DNA of 64,000 nt. Source: Heterodontus francisci (lineage: Eukaryota). The position numbers and the translations under genes were made by a program. The stretch spans positions 4,898,001 through 4,962,000 of the forward strand of contig NW_027140442.1 of the NCBI RefSeq assembly GCF_036365525.1, given 5' to 3'. Under the pieces are notes generated by a model, which was not told the DNA's origin, searched no databases, and was given only the letters and a program-made list of their open reading frames with translations. Positions 1-12,959 of this stretch are shown here, one piece after another (the stretch's first letter is position 1; each line of letters starts with the position of its first letter).

Positions 1-1858
1 CCAGGTACAACAACAATCTCACCAGGTTGGAATGGATATGCCAGAGTAAGGTGGATCTGGAACCTCCGATTCCACATTATTTCAAGATCCCCAACATGCT
101 GAATGCCTCAGCTGCACTGAATCACATTCCACCTTGGAGAGAGGTTAAATGCTGACCAGAAGTTCCTCTACTAAGAGTTAGATATTGATTGCCCTCAGAT
201 GTATTGAGTGCTTAGGTAGGCACGTCAGTATCTCAAATATTAGCACCTCATTCTGGTTCTGCATATTCCCGAGCAAATTGAGACACCATCTTTCGAACTT
301 GTGATGTGTTCCAATTTTAACATTGTACATGCCTCTGACACACAGAAACTGGGCAACTGGAGAGGCAGAGAGAAAACAGTTGAACAACGTGTTCGCCAGA
401 GTGTCTGTGAGCTGCAGCTGTGAAAGCAGTGGAGATTTTAGCAGCTCTCCAAAGAAGGAAGGCACGGTGACTGTCTGGCATTCTTGCATGGTGTAACCCC
501 CCGCCCCTGACAGCTGTTTAACAATGCCCGTCAGACTAGGGCCAGCACATTTCACGATTGTCCTGACCAGCAGGACAAACCCCCTTGTGGGACCTGCAGA
601 TATCCACGATCAGTTCCCATTCTCCGCTTTCCACCATGTTATTAAGCGTGGCGTCATTATTTGTTTGAGTGAGCTGTTACTTTTGTGCATCTACACAGTT
701 TACACTCACACTGAAACTTTCAGATGGTTGAACAGCAACTGTAAATTCTCACTGTTCTGATTGGCCAACCATTGAGCAGAGACATATTAACCCTAGAGCT
801 TAGATGAATGAGGAAAGCACTAACCCACGGTGGGTAAAATGTAGTCACAGCCTTTTCTGACTTGGGGTGACTTGCCAGCTGCTGCAGCCCACATATTGTA
901 GCCAAGGATTGAGAATTGAATCCTGTGTCAACTTCTCTTTGATGGGACAGGTTCCCTTGATCCCAAATGGTAATGTCCAGCAGCTCTCCCATTGCACTCA
1001 CAGAACATTCTGTGTCCTCGGCCAGGTATCTCCAGACATCAGTGACATACTTGCCCAAAGGGACTGGATAAGTGTGCAGACAGGACGCAACCGTTTCTGA
1101 CTGTGTGAGCGCAATATTGAGATACTCTGCAGAACTGAAAGTGTCACCTGCTTGTGAGGAACTGACTGCAATTGAACCCTCAGCATCTCAGGTATGTTTG
1201 AGACCTGGCCCCCAATTTCAACGGCACATCATTTAAAGATGGCTTGCATAAGTGCACTGGTTGCATTGGAAGAGCTGGGCTTTTGGTCAGAAAGGCCTTT
1301 GAAGAACATGAAGAGCAAGTTGTCAAGCTGGTCGCGTGGCTAACATTTGGAACTGATCGCTGTAATGTGGTAGCATTTTTAAAAAAATTCTTAGGGGTGT
1401 GTAGTTAGAGCCCTGGTGAAGTTAGTGATATGTCTGGATGGGTCGTTGCAATACAAATGAAGTGATTAATATATCTCGGTGAGTAGTTACAGTACAAACC
1501 AGGTGAGTGATACAACTGGATCAGCAGTTACATTACAGATGAATTCTATGATATATCTGGATTTGTCCTGACTGCAGATGTGAAGTCAGTGACATTTCCA
1601 AATGAAGATCAAATTCTGCATTTTCTGCGACAAGCAATGACTTCTGTTGTTTCAGTTGCAGGGAAAGCTCTCAAATTACATCATCCTATTAGTGCCAGAC
1701 AGTTGCACACAGCAGATACAGGCCTTATTCCTGCCCATATTTATTACACATCACAGTTTATTTAGATATCTATATTTAGAATTTAGAATTTAGAACATTA
1801 CAGCGCAGTACAGGCCCTTCGGCCCTCGATGTTGCGCCGCCCTGTGAAACCATCTGAC

Positions 1859-4672
1859 CTACACTATTCCATTTTCATCCATGTGTCTATCCAATGTCCA
1901 CTTAAATGCCCTTAAAGTTGGCGAATCTACTACTGCTGCAGACAGGGCGTTCCACGCCCTTACTACTCTCTGAGTAAAGAAACTACCTCTCACATCTGTC
2001 CGATATCTATCACCCCTCAACTTGAAGCGATGTCCCCTCGTGTTTGCCATCACCATCCGAGGAAAAAGACGCTCACTATCCACCCTATCTAACCCTCTGA
2101 TTATCTTATATGTCTCTATTAAGTCACCTCTTCTCCTCCTTCTCTCCAACGAAAACAACCTCAAGTCCCTCAGCCTTTCCTCGTAAGACCTTCCCTCCAT
2201 ACCAGGCAACATCCTAGTAAATCTCCTCTGCACCCTTTCCATAGCTTCCACATCCTTCCTATAATGCGGTGACCAGAACTGCACGCAATACTCCAGGTGC
2301 GGTCTCACCAGAGTTTTGTACAGCTGCAGCATGACATCGTGGCTCCGAAACTCGACCCCCCTACTAATAAAAGCTAACACACCATGTGCCTTCTTAACAG
2401 CCCTATTAACCTGGTTAGCAACCTTCAGGGATTTATGCACCTGGACACCAAGATCTCTCTGTTCATCTACAGTACCAAGAATCCTCCCATTAGCCCAGTA
2501 CTCTGCATTCCTGTTACTCCTTCCAAAGTGAATCACCTCACACTTTTCCGCATTAAACTCCATTTGCCATCTCTCAGCCCAGCTCTGCAGCCTATCTATG
2601 TCTCTCTGTACCCGACAACATCCTTCGGCACTATCCACAACTCCACCGACCTTAGTGTCATCTGCAAATTTACTAACCCACCCTTCTACACCCTCTTCCA
2701 GGTCACTTATAAAAATGACAAACAGCAGTGGCCCCAAAACAGATCCTTGCGGTACACCACTAGTAACTAAACTCCAGGATGAACATTTGCCATCAACCAC
2801 CACCCTCTGTCTTCTTTCAGCTAGCCAATTTCTGATCCAAAGCTCTAAATCACCTTCAACCCCATACTTGCGTATTTTCTGCAATAGCCTACCGTGGGGA
2901 ACCTTATCAAACGCCTTACTGAAATCCATATACACCACATCCACTGCTTTACCCTCATCCACCTGTTTGGTCACCTTCTCGAAAAACTCAATAAGGTTTG
3001 TGAGGCACGACCTACCCGTCACAAAACCGTGCTGACTATCTCTAATGTACTTATTCTTTTCAAGCTGATTATAAATCCTGTCTCTTGTAAACTTTTCCAA
3101 CATTTTACCCACAACCGAAGTAAGGCTCACAGGTCTATAATTACCAGGGCTGTCTCTACTCCCCTTCTTGAACAAGGGGACAACATTTGCAATCCTCCAG
3201 TCTTCCGGCACTATTCCTGTCGACAATGACGACATAAAGATCAAGGACAAAGGCTCTGCAATCTCCTCCCTAGCTTCCCAGAGAATCCTAGGATAAATCC
3301 CAGCTGGCCCAGGGGACTTATCTATTTTCACACTTTCCAAAATTGCTAACACCTCCTCCTTGTGAACCTCAATCCCATCTAGCCTCGTAGCCTGAATCTC
3401 AGTATTCTCAACAACATTTTCTTTCTCTACTGTAAATACTGACGCAAAATATTCATTTAACACTTCCCCTATCTCCTCTGATTCCACACACAACTTCCCA
3501 CTACTATCCTTGATTGGCCCTAATCTAACTCTAGTCATTCTTTTATTCCTGATATACCTATAGAAAGCCTTAGGGTTTTCCCTGATCCGATCCACCAATG
3601 ACTTCTCGTGTCCTCTCCTTGCTCTTCTTAGCTCTCCCTTTAGATCCTTCCTGGCTAGCTTGTAGCTCTCAAGCGCCCTAACTGAGCCTTCGTGTCTCAT
3701 CCGAACAAAAGCCTTCTTCTTCCTCTTGACAAGCGCTTCAACTTCTTTAGTAAACCACGGCTCCCTCGCACGACAACTTCCTCCCTGCCTCACAGGTACA
3801 TACTTATCAAGGACACGCAGTAGCTGCTCCTTGAATAAGCTCCAAACATTTCGATTGTTCCCATCCCCTGCAGTTTCCTTCCCCATCCTACGCATCCTAA
3901 ATCTTGCCTAATCGCATCATAATTTCCTTTCCCCCAGTTATAATTCTTGCCCTGCGGTATATACCTGTCCCTACCCATCGCTAAGGTAAACCTAACCGAA
4001 TTGTGATCACTATCACCAAAGTGCTCACCTACATCTAAATCTAACACCTGGCCGGGTTCATTTCCCAGTACCAAATCCAATGTGGCATCGCCCCTGGTTG
4101 GCCTGTCTACATACTGTGTCAGAAAACCCTCCTGCACACACTGGACAAAAACTGACCCATTTAAAGTACTCGAACTATAGTACTTCCAGTCGATATTTGG
4201 AAAGTTAAAGTCCCCCATAACAACTACCCTGTTACTCTCACCCCTGTCGAGAATCATCTTCGCTATCCTTTCCTCTACATCTCTGGAACTATTCGGAGGT
4301 CTATAAAAGACTCCCAACAGGGTAACCTCCCCTCTCCTGTTTCTAACCTCAGCCCATGCTACCTCAGTAGCCGAGTCCTCAAACGTCCTTTCTGTCGCTG
4401 TAATACTCTCCTTGATTAACAATGCCACACCCCCCCCCCCCTCTTTTACCATCTTCTCTGTTCTTACTGAAACATCTAAATCCCGGAATCTGCAACATCC
4501 ATTCCTGCCCCTGCTCTACCCATGTCTCCGAAATGGCCACTACATCGAGATCCCAGGTAACAACCCATGCTGCAAGCTCACCCACCTTATTCCGGATGCT
4601 CCTGGCGTTGAAATAGAAACACTTTAAACCAGGTTCTTGCTTGCCAGTGCCCTCTTGCGTCCTTGTAACCAT
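1859..4672 (-). pseudogene. CR1 ORF2 (APE endonuclease + reverse transcriptase) split by two frameshifts
   Basis: ORFs 4672-4379, 4452-3790 and 3895-1859 carry NARSI, SETW, GDFN, SDH, YRPVSLTS, DFSKAFD, GVPQGSVLGP and FADD. Breaks fall at the C12 run (4430-4441) and near 3848. Confidence 0.92.
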
Positions 4673-4743
4673 ATCCCTGACCTCACTACTCTCAACATCC
4701 TGTACACTGGCACCACAATTTATGTTCCCATTCCCCTGCTGAA

Positions 4744-5686
4744 TTAGTTTAAACCCCCCCGAAGAGCACTAGCAAACCTCCCCCCCCAGGATATTGGTAC
4801 CCCTCTGGTTCAGGTGAAGACCATCCTGTTTGTAGAGGTCCCACCTACCCCAGAAAGAGCCCCAATTATCCAGGAAACCAAAACCCTCCCTCCTGCACCA
4901 TCCCTGCAGCCACGTGTTCAACTCCTCTCTCTCCCTATTCCTCGCTGCGCTATCACGTGGCACGGGCAACAACCCAGAGATAACAACTCTGTTTGTTCTC
5001 GCTCTAAGCTTCCACCCTAGCTCCCTAAATTTCTGTCTTAAATCCCCATCTCTCTTCCTACCTATGTCGTTGGTGCCTATGTGGACCACGACTTGGGGCT
5101 GCTCCCCCTCCCCATTAAGGATCCCAAAAACACGATCCGAGACATCACGAACCCTGGCACCTGGGAGGCAACATACCAACCGTGAGTCTCTCTCGTTCCC
5201 ACAGAACCTCCTATCTGTTCCCCTAACTATGGAGTCCCCAATGACTAATGTTCTGCTCCTCTTCCCCCTTCCCTTCTGAGCAACAGGGACAGACTCTGTG
5301 CCAGATATCTGTACCCCATTGCTTACCCCTGGTAAGTCGTCCCCCGCAACAGTATCCAAAACGGTATACCTGTTGTTGAGGGAAACGGCCAGAGGGGATC
5401 CCTGCACTGCCTGCTGGTTCCCTCTCCTTCCCCTGACGGTAACCCATCTACCTACTTCTTTTACCTGAGGTGTGACTACCTCCCCATAACTCCTCTCAAT
5501 AACCTCCTCCGCCTCCCGAATGATCCGAAGTTCATCCAGCTCCAGTTCCAGTTCCCTAACGCGGTTCTCGAGGAGCTGGAGTTGGGTGCACTTCCCACAG
5601 ATGCAGTCAGCAGGGACACTCTTGGCGACCCTTACCTCCCACATTCTGCAGGAGGAACATGCAACTGCCTTAACCTCCATTCCCAC
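4744..5686 (-). CDS. CR1 ORF1: zinc-finger/leucine-zipper plus SGNH esterase domain
   Basis: CSSC..CGKC followed by a heptad LEL repeat, then GDSIVRG, HIGTND and DGLHLN (SGNH blocks). One extra base in the C8 run at 4780-4787 shifts the usual ...GGRFASALRGGLN* end (TAA at 4746-4744). Confidence 0.9.
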
Positions 5687-7759
5687 TATTCCAAATTCCC
5701 AACAAATCTACTGAAAAACAAAAAGTCAAAACTTGTTAGGTTAGCAATCCAACGGACAGAACTTCCTAAATAAAAAGCTTACCTTATCAACACACCAGAG
5801 TACTTTTTTTATGGTTAGAGGAGGAGGGTGGGTGGGAGACACTACACGTGTAGTGTCTCGGGTACAGCCACCACACAAATATATACCTTTTTCCTTACCC
5901 AGCAGTCCCCTGGTCCTCAGAAAACAAAAGGGAATTCACTTTTAATTTGGGAATGACAATTAGGACAATTCAATTCTACCAAAGACCAGTCTCTGAACAC
6001 GGCAACTTTCCTGTACCAAATTGGTCATTAGTTTGTGCACTACCAGACAGTTTAATTTGTGAGCTTATTGAATTGCGGAGCGGGCTCTAAGGGCCATATC
6101 GTCTCCTCCTGCTACATTGTTGTTTATTTCTCATAATTCTTAAGTCAAACTGATCTGCTCCATAGTTCAGGGACAATATCTGAGTGTAAACACATCCAAC
6201 ACGAATTGCATTGACATTTGCTGAAATATCAATTTACGACTGCAATTATATGAAACCTGCAGCTGAAAGCTGTTCTCCTTTGCCACCAGTGCTATCAGAC
6301 TGCAGATCTTATATTATTTGCTTTTCTGAAGATTTAGTGAAATAACATTCATTGCATTGGCGAGGTCAATTCAGCGACGTGAAATATCTGACAATTTATT
6401 TGTACATATATTTCTATTTCATATAAAACTGGCCAGAGTAAAATGAGTTAATTCCAGTTATTAAATGACTGCAACGAATGTCATTCTCTCTGAGAACTAA
6501 TTGTTTCTGCTTGTTCTTAGTTCCAGTCAGCTGAGAACACCATGCACACACGATTCGTTCCAATATTTAATGTCATGGAATATCTTCTAAGTATTTTGCA
6601 AGTATCTGCTCACGACAATAATTCAATTCACATCATTATATGATTGAACACTCTGTACAAAGCTATGAGATTTTCATCTCACACATAAGAACATAAGAAA
6701 TAGAAGCAGGAAAGGCCATCCAGTAAAGGTTATATGTGGGAATCAGCTACACTGAGCTAGATTAGAAATGCAAACTATGAGGTGGAACGTTGCTAGTTAA
6801 ATTCTAGGGCTGACAAAGTAGCAAAGCAGATTTTCACCATTGCAAGTAGCACCTTTCATGGATTCACATTTTAAGCGTCTTTCGAAACTGAATCATTGTG
6901 CAAATACCCGGTTTCATAATAATGGAGAAATCATGCATCATGGTGGTTATTAAGGTGGGAGGCGGAGGGAGATTTCTGTGAAAGATTTGCCGACATTTCG
7001 GAAAATCTGGTTCATACTTCTTTTTTACTCTGTCCAACACGACCCCTTTGAAGTGCCCCCCACCCCCCGCCCCGTAACAGTGAGCCTGAATGTCAGTGTT
7101 GAACAAGACAGGTTACAGTCCCAGCCATGGTTATATTTCTTCCTTCCTACAGTCAGGGAATATAATGACTGAATTAATAAGGTTTGAATTGTTGAATTGA
7201 ACTGACTTTTAGTTTGGGGATTTGTTAAAACATGTTCTGTGATCTAAGAAATGCTAATGAGAGAATTTAGTAATTCTGTTTTTCTTAACTTGCTGGAATG
7301 AATAAGAAGCAGAGATATCTTGGTTCCAGGCTGAGTAACATTAATTCCAGTCACTGAGCAGCAGCATTAACCATTTACTCTCGAATACTCTTCATGCACC
7401 AATCTACTTCCAACCAGGTATGGGAGAGATGTAAATTGAAACTCCACAAACCAAAACAATGATAATTTTAACAAACATTAGGAATAACAGATGGCACAAA
7501 TCGTTCGGTCTGACAAGAATGATGTAATGTGGAAACTGATTCATTTACAGATTTCAAATGATTTCCATGAGCCGATCCTATCCTTTCATTCAACACAATT
7601 ATAAACCAATACTGAATGGACAGCTTAACAGGATTGCATGGAAAGTGAACAATAAAGCAGGCAAGACACCATAAAAATATCAGACATGAGGAAAACACAA
7701 AATTATATTTATTTTATATTTCATAAGGATCATAAAAAAATTGAAAAAGGTCTCCGCAA

Positions 7760-7992
7760 TTTGGAACCTCAAGACTGCTCCGCTATTCAATGAGATCATG
7801 GCTGATCTGATTGTGGGTTTAAAACCACTTTCCTGCCTGCCCCCATAATGCTTGACTCCCTTGTAGACTAAATGTCTGTCCAACCCAGCTTTGAATATAT
7901 TCAATGATCCAGCCTTCACTTCTATGTGGGGAAGAGAATTCCAAAGGTTAACAGCCTCTGAGATAAGAATTGCCTCATCTCTATCGTCAACG
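7760..7992 (-). mobile_element. CR1 3' fragment
   Basis: ORF 7919-7680 (SLNIFKAGLDRHL) and a CR1 3' UTR-like ATCAGCCATGATC motif. Confidence 0.7.
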
Positions 7993-9001
7993 TGTAACTG
8001 ACAGGTAGTTAATTGATTTCTTTTTTGAAACCTTTTTCTGCATTTTACCTGTCCATAAACAGACTATGCTTGATTTTTTCCCTCCCTTAAACCCTGATGA
8101 GTAAACAACCTCAACAACAACGCAGTTGTTGAAGTTAAAACGAAGAAGCAAGGTTTATTAACGCACATTCTTAATCTCGGGAAGAGGGATTAACTTCGCA
8201 ACACACACTCACACACATACAAGGAAAGGTTAAAGGCATAAAAAGGCAGACCATTTACTAAATAGAAATTTAGCTGAAATAAAAGCTAACATTGATTTCA
8301 ATTAAAACTAGAGTCCTTTTAATTATTACAAAGTCCAAAACAGGAGATCACTGACTGGTAATGCCGAGAGCGGGAGTAGGCGTTGGGAATATCTCTTCTC
8401 TTGCAATTTCCTCTTGCACTGTCGGATATAAATGAAGGCAGCTTAATTTCTGAAGTCACCTTTTATAGATGAGAGGGGAAACTGGTAAAAATCCGACTTT
8501 CCTGACGTTTCTTCTGCTTGCGATTTCCTTGTGATTTTCTTGCTGGTTTTTCAGAGTGTGGCTTTTTTTAAATTTTCCAGGTCTCAGGAAGCCAGATGAT
8601 GCTCCCCAAAGTCATCACAGGCCAAAGGTCATCCTGATCAGCAACCTGCCTCCATTCCAGCTGCCGCTGGCGAGGTCACACTGTGTTGCAGCACCTGTAA
8701 ATGAATTATGAAGAGCACATAGCCACACTTTCGGTCTCACGGGTGAAGCTTATGTATTTTCGTTAAATGATTAAAAGCTCAAATCATTAGGCTTATTTGT
8801 CCATAGGTTATGTGCCATGCAAGTTTAATTGTGAGCTGTTAACAACCTCTCCCCACTCAGCACTGAACCAAAATGTCTACAGCCCTCATTAACATGCCAG
8901 TGTGATGAGAACCCTCGTTAAGATATGATCTACTCTGGTCACGAGTTGTATTGCAGCTGCTTGCCAGGGACCTCAAATGGAAAGGACATAACAGAGTTAC
9001 A
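7993..9001 (-). mobile_element. Putative solo LTR
   Basis: Segment bounded by TGTAAC...GTTACA, with a minus-strand AATAAA near 8155 and no ORF. No TSD was seen. Confidence 0.35.
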
Positions 9002-9244
9002 GCATCGCAATGTGCCTTTTATTTCACTATGAGAATGGATACCAAGATGGTGGTAAATGAGTCGTTATGACCTTGTCCCTTGCCTCCATTGTAAATTGCT
9101 GAACCGATCTGGATACCTGCATTGGCGGCTGAGGATGTGCGAAGATAGTCGGGGGGAGCTTCTGATGGTCCTCAAAGCCCAATCTTGATGATGGCCCACC
9201 CTCTGTTCAAGCAGTGTGAGCAAATCAGTGAGCCCCATAGACAA

Positions 9245-9590
9245 GAAGCTCTGCAGCAACACGCCAAGGCTACTTCGACAGCCACTTCCAAACCCTTGGC
9301 CTCCGCCACCTAAAAGGATATGGGCAGCAGATGCATGGGAACATCACTACCTGCAAGGTCCCCTCCTAGCCACGTACCATTCTGACTTGGAACTATATCG
9401 CTGTTCTTCACTGTTGATACATCAACGTCCTGGAACTCCCTTCCTAACAGCACTGTGGGTGTATGTACACCACATGTACTGCTGCAGTTCAAGAAGGCAG
9501 CTCACCACCAACTTCTCAATGGAAATTAGGGATGCGCAGTAAATGCTGACCTGGTCATCAATTCCCACATCCCACGAATGAATAAAAAAG
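9245..9590 (+). mobile_element. 3' fragment of second LINE family (CR1/L2-group, here called family B)
   Basis: Matches the 3' end of the element at 60220-61942 (GCAGCAGATGCATGGGAAC...AAGAAGGCAGCTCACCACC...AATTAGGGATG). Confidence 0.85.
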
Positions 9591-9654
9591 ACCCATTATA
9601 CTGCAGTTGCCAATACTAAATTGAGCCCCCATCACACCAAACCCTCACTTAGAC

Positions 9655-10475
9655 CACGAGCACAGCCCTGGAGGTGAGCCCCCTTGCAGAGCTCCCGAAC
9701 CCTGGAACCCACTGCAAAGCCCTAAGGAACACGGACCACTTGGCAGAGACCCCAGGACACTGGATCCAATTGCAGAGCCCCCGGGAGTCCGGACCCCCGT
9801 GAAGAGCCCCCGGGAGCCCGGACTCCCTTGCAGCCGCCCCAGGAGCCCGGACCCCGGATCCCCTTAAGACAGCCCCCGGGAGCGTGGAGCCCATTGCCGA
9901 GGCCCCGAGAGACCAAACCACCTTGTAGAGCAACTGGGAGACTTGTCCCCATTGCAGAGCAGCTGTGACGCCAGACCCCACTGCCGACCCCCCGGGACAC
10001 TGGACCACACTGCAGAGACCGAGGGACACCGGACCCAACTGCAGAGCCCCCGGGGCACCGGACACCACTGCAGAGCCCCGGGACACTAGACCCGACTGCA
10101 GAGACCCCGGGACACCGGACCCCGCTGCAGAGCCCCCGGGGCACCGGGCCCCGCTGCAGAGCCCACGAGAGCACAGATCTCATTGCAGAGCTCCCTGGAC
10201 CCCGGACCACCTTGCAGAGCCCCCGAGAGCCCAGACCCCATTGCAGAGGCCCCGGGAGCCCGGACCCCGGACCTCCTAAGAGAGCCCCCGTTGGCCTGGA
10301 GCCCATTGCAAAGCCTCCGGGTTCCTGGCCCCCCTTGCAGAGCCCCCGGGACACAGGACTCCTTGCAGAGCAGCAGTGACACCACACCTCATTACAGAGC
10401 CCCCAGGACACTGGACCACATTGCAGAACCCCCGTGTGCCCGGACCCTGTTGCAGAGCCCCCGGGACCCCGGACT
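9655..10475. repeat. GC-rich minisatellite, ~29-bp unit (TGCAGAGCCCCCGGGACACCGGACCCCAC)
   Basis: Directly visible tandem units. They explain the overlapping repetitive ORFs at 9649-10539. Confidence 0.9.
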
Positions 10476-10870
10476 CTCTTGTGGATGCCCTGTCACTATA
10501 ATGAGAGCTGATTTGCAACTGTGGCAGGATGGAACTTGATTGGATGGATTCTAATATGGGTATCTGGGATCAACAGGAACGGAACTGTAAGTTAGCAATA
10601 CCTGCAGTACTTTAGAGAGGAACGAATATATTGGAGATTCCATGGACAGGGGGATCAACATTTGTTTCATTCAAGGGACGTGTGATGACAGCTGATTTTA
10701 ACGGAGAGACTTACCGAAGCTGAGCAGAGAGAACTGTTATCAGCTAAAGTATGGACCAATGAGGGAGTCGTCCTCCTCCATCCGAGCAGCCACCAAGCTG
10801 AGGCATTGGGGCTGTCGGTTCCTGTACATTTCAAGGACTGGAAGTACTGGGACCTGCCTCTGGGCTTCTA

Positions 10871-11781
10871 TCAACTGTTTAGTTTATTAATTAATGCAAT
10901 AATTGATGTAATCGGATATTTCACTGTGTTCTTGACCTGCTCTCTGAACTTGGACTGTGTCGCCCCATAAATAAATGTGTTTATGCAGCAACTTAGAATC
11001 TGCAGCATCAAACCGAATTGTCCAAAGATATAGAAGGGATCTGTATTATCCTCGAGATATGTCCCTGTAATGTTGCAAGTTGTGAAATATATAACATAAA
11101 TCATCCACAGAAGTATGAAGCTGCCGGATATGGTAAAGAGTAAAATCACAGACTTCCTTCTGCTCTCCATCTCTGGGTCACTGCGATTCTCTCCCTTGCA
11201 TTGACCCCTCAGTTCTTTACGAACTCGACTGGCCACTAAAATGTGTCTGACTGTCAGAGTGTTGAGCAACAGAATTACAACGAATGGGAGCAATGGGGTT
11301 AAAATCACATCAAACCAGTCAAATCCCAGCCATCTGAGCTCCGTATAATAGCTTGACTTCACATAACAACCCCATCGTACATTCTCTTTTATCTCTACAG
11401 GTTCAAATATAAAGTAGAAAGGAATATTTTGTAAACAGAGCAGAATGCAGGTTGTTGCTAGAACCACAGCTGCAGTTTTCTCGGTGCAATATTTTGTTTT
11501 CAGCTTCTGGCAACAAATGGCCACAAATCGATCGAAGGTGAAAGTGACGGTGAACCAGACAGAACAGTCTCTGGCTTCACAACGGAGGGCAATGATAACA
11601 CTACACACAGGGGTGATGTTCAGGAAAGATTCTGGGAAATAATAATAACTGATCCGCTGCAGTATGACATCAGTGATAATGACCAGCAGATCTGCTGTCA
11701 CCATAGCCATCAGGTAGCGAGTGGTGCCCGTGGAGAGTCCGCACTTTCCCCGTGATAGGATCAAAATCGCCAGTAAATTCA
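10871..11781 (-). CDS. GPR139/GPR142-like class A GPCR, exon 2 (apparently intact)
   Basis: TM1-TM7 are readable: NLLAILIL, AMVTADLL, PVC, FTFDRFVAIC, WGC, TPLLPF, SFILLW, CINTFIY. A polypyrimidine acceptor tttcccttctctcatgcAG lies at 11783-11782 and the stop is at 10873-10871. Confidence 0.9.
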
Positions 11782-12959
11782 CTGCATGAGAGAAGGGAAA
11801 AGAGAAATTACTCAACAAACATTCAACGTGTCTGAGCTCGATTTCAAAACAAAGATTGGATGGGTTAGAATAAGGTCTCCATTTAAATCTTGAACATCTC
11901 AACCATTAACTCAAATACCTCCGACCTGCCCACTTCCGGGTTTAACAGAGGAGAGACAAGCGAAGACCACCAACCGCAGCCAGGAGGCCGTTCAGCATGT
12001 TAAATACTTTACTGAGGTTTCAAGCCTCGATTTCACCTGCTTTACAGGTTTACCATTGATGGGGCTGGTTTCTCCATCAGACGTTAAAGTCTGCACACAG
12101 ACATCCGAATTGACAATCGCCTCCTGACTCCCGGGATTGGAATCCCTTCATGATCTGGAATTAATTTAAATCCCGATCAACACCTCCACTATTGGGTCAT
12201 GGATCTGATACACCAAGGATTGAACCAACCTCCACCCAGTCCGGGTACCTTAGCACCCCAGTGGCCGGGATTGGACTTTCCTGTGATTGGACGCTCCCAG
12301 TGCTCCCGGCGCACTCCTTCAGGATATGGGAAAATTCAAGGGTTGTGGATTGGACAGCTGCCGATTGAACAACTGCCCATCGGGATCATGTTTAGGGCAT
12401 ACTTGTCCTGCGGCCTGTTCTACTGTCCACGTCATGCGACTGGAAGCCAAGCTTGCCTATCAGGCTTATGTCCGAGTGGGAAACCCAAAGACACGCAATC
12501 AAACATCATAGCATATGAAAATTTGGCCTCAATCCCTCCCACCTGCCAACATATCTGCCGCTGTGAATATCCAGGTCTAAGTATTTGAGCAACACTAAAG
12601 CCTGCTTAAAATCTGATAAAAAGCAGTGATTAGGCAGCATCTGTGGTGAGAGACAGAAAGTTAACGGCCGGAATTTCACCAGGACATGGTGCCCTCGTCC
12701 ACCGGCTGGAAAACCTCCACTGAGCCCCGGAAGCCATGACTCTATCATCTGTGGCTCAGGCAAGTAATTGCCTGCAGTGGGGAGTTCTTCCCCTCGAAGA
12801 GAGGATGTCCCACTTCCAAGAGTTATGGCCAATCAGAGGGTTTCGGATGCCCATCATTGAATATATTTAAGGTTGGGACAGACAGATGTTTGGACCGTCG
12901 GTGAATCAACGGATGTAGTGAGTGGGTGGGAAAGTGGGGTTGAAGCCTAAGATCCGCAA

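Larger units (their letters stand above)
1776..5940 (-). mobile_element. Near full-length CR1-clade LINE (5' UTR, ORF1, ORF2, 3' tail)
   Basis: ORF1 followed by an APE endonuclease + RT ORF2 on the minus strand. The 3' end is (TTCTAAA)n at 1776-1795. The 5' boundary is approximate and no TSD was seen. Confidence 0.95.

Noticed and set aside
2316-3229. Plus-strand ORFs overlapping CR1 ORF2, repeated at 41378-42157
   Set aside because: Antisense shadow frames of the RT, shared only because the copies are near-identical.
7400-7698. Hydrophobic minus-strand ORF as a third GPCR first exon
   Set aside because: No IGVP+GTAAG signature and no matching exon 2 in the window.
9649-10539. Collagen/mucin-like Gly/Pro-rich ORFs
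   Set aside because: The ~29-bp unit is not a multiple of three; this is a minisatellite.
11782-11902. N-terminal 40 aa of the 343-aa ORF as a real GPCR N-terminus
   Set aside because: It has a non-ATG start and is intron read-through containing the polypyrimidine tract; the true exon 1 is at 16792-16726.
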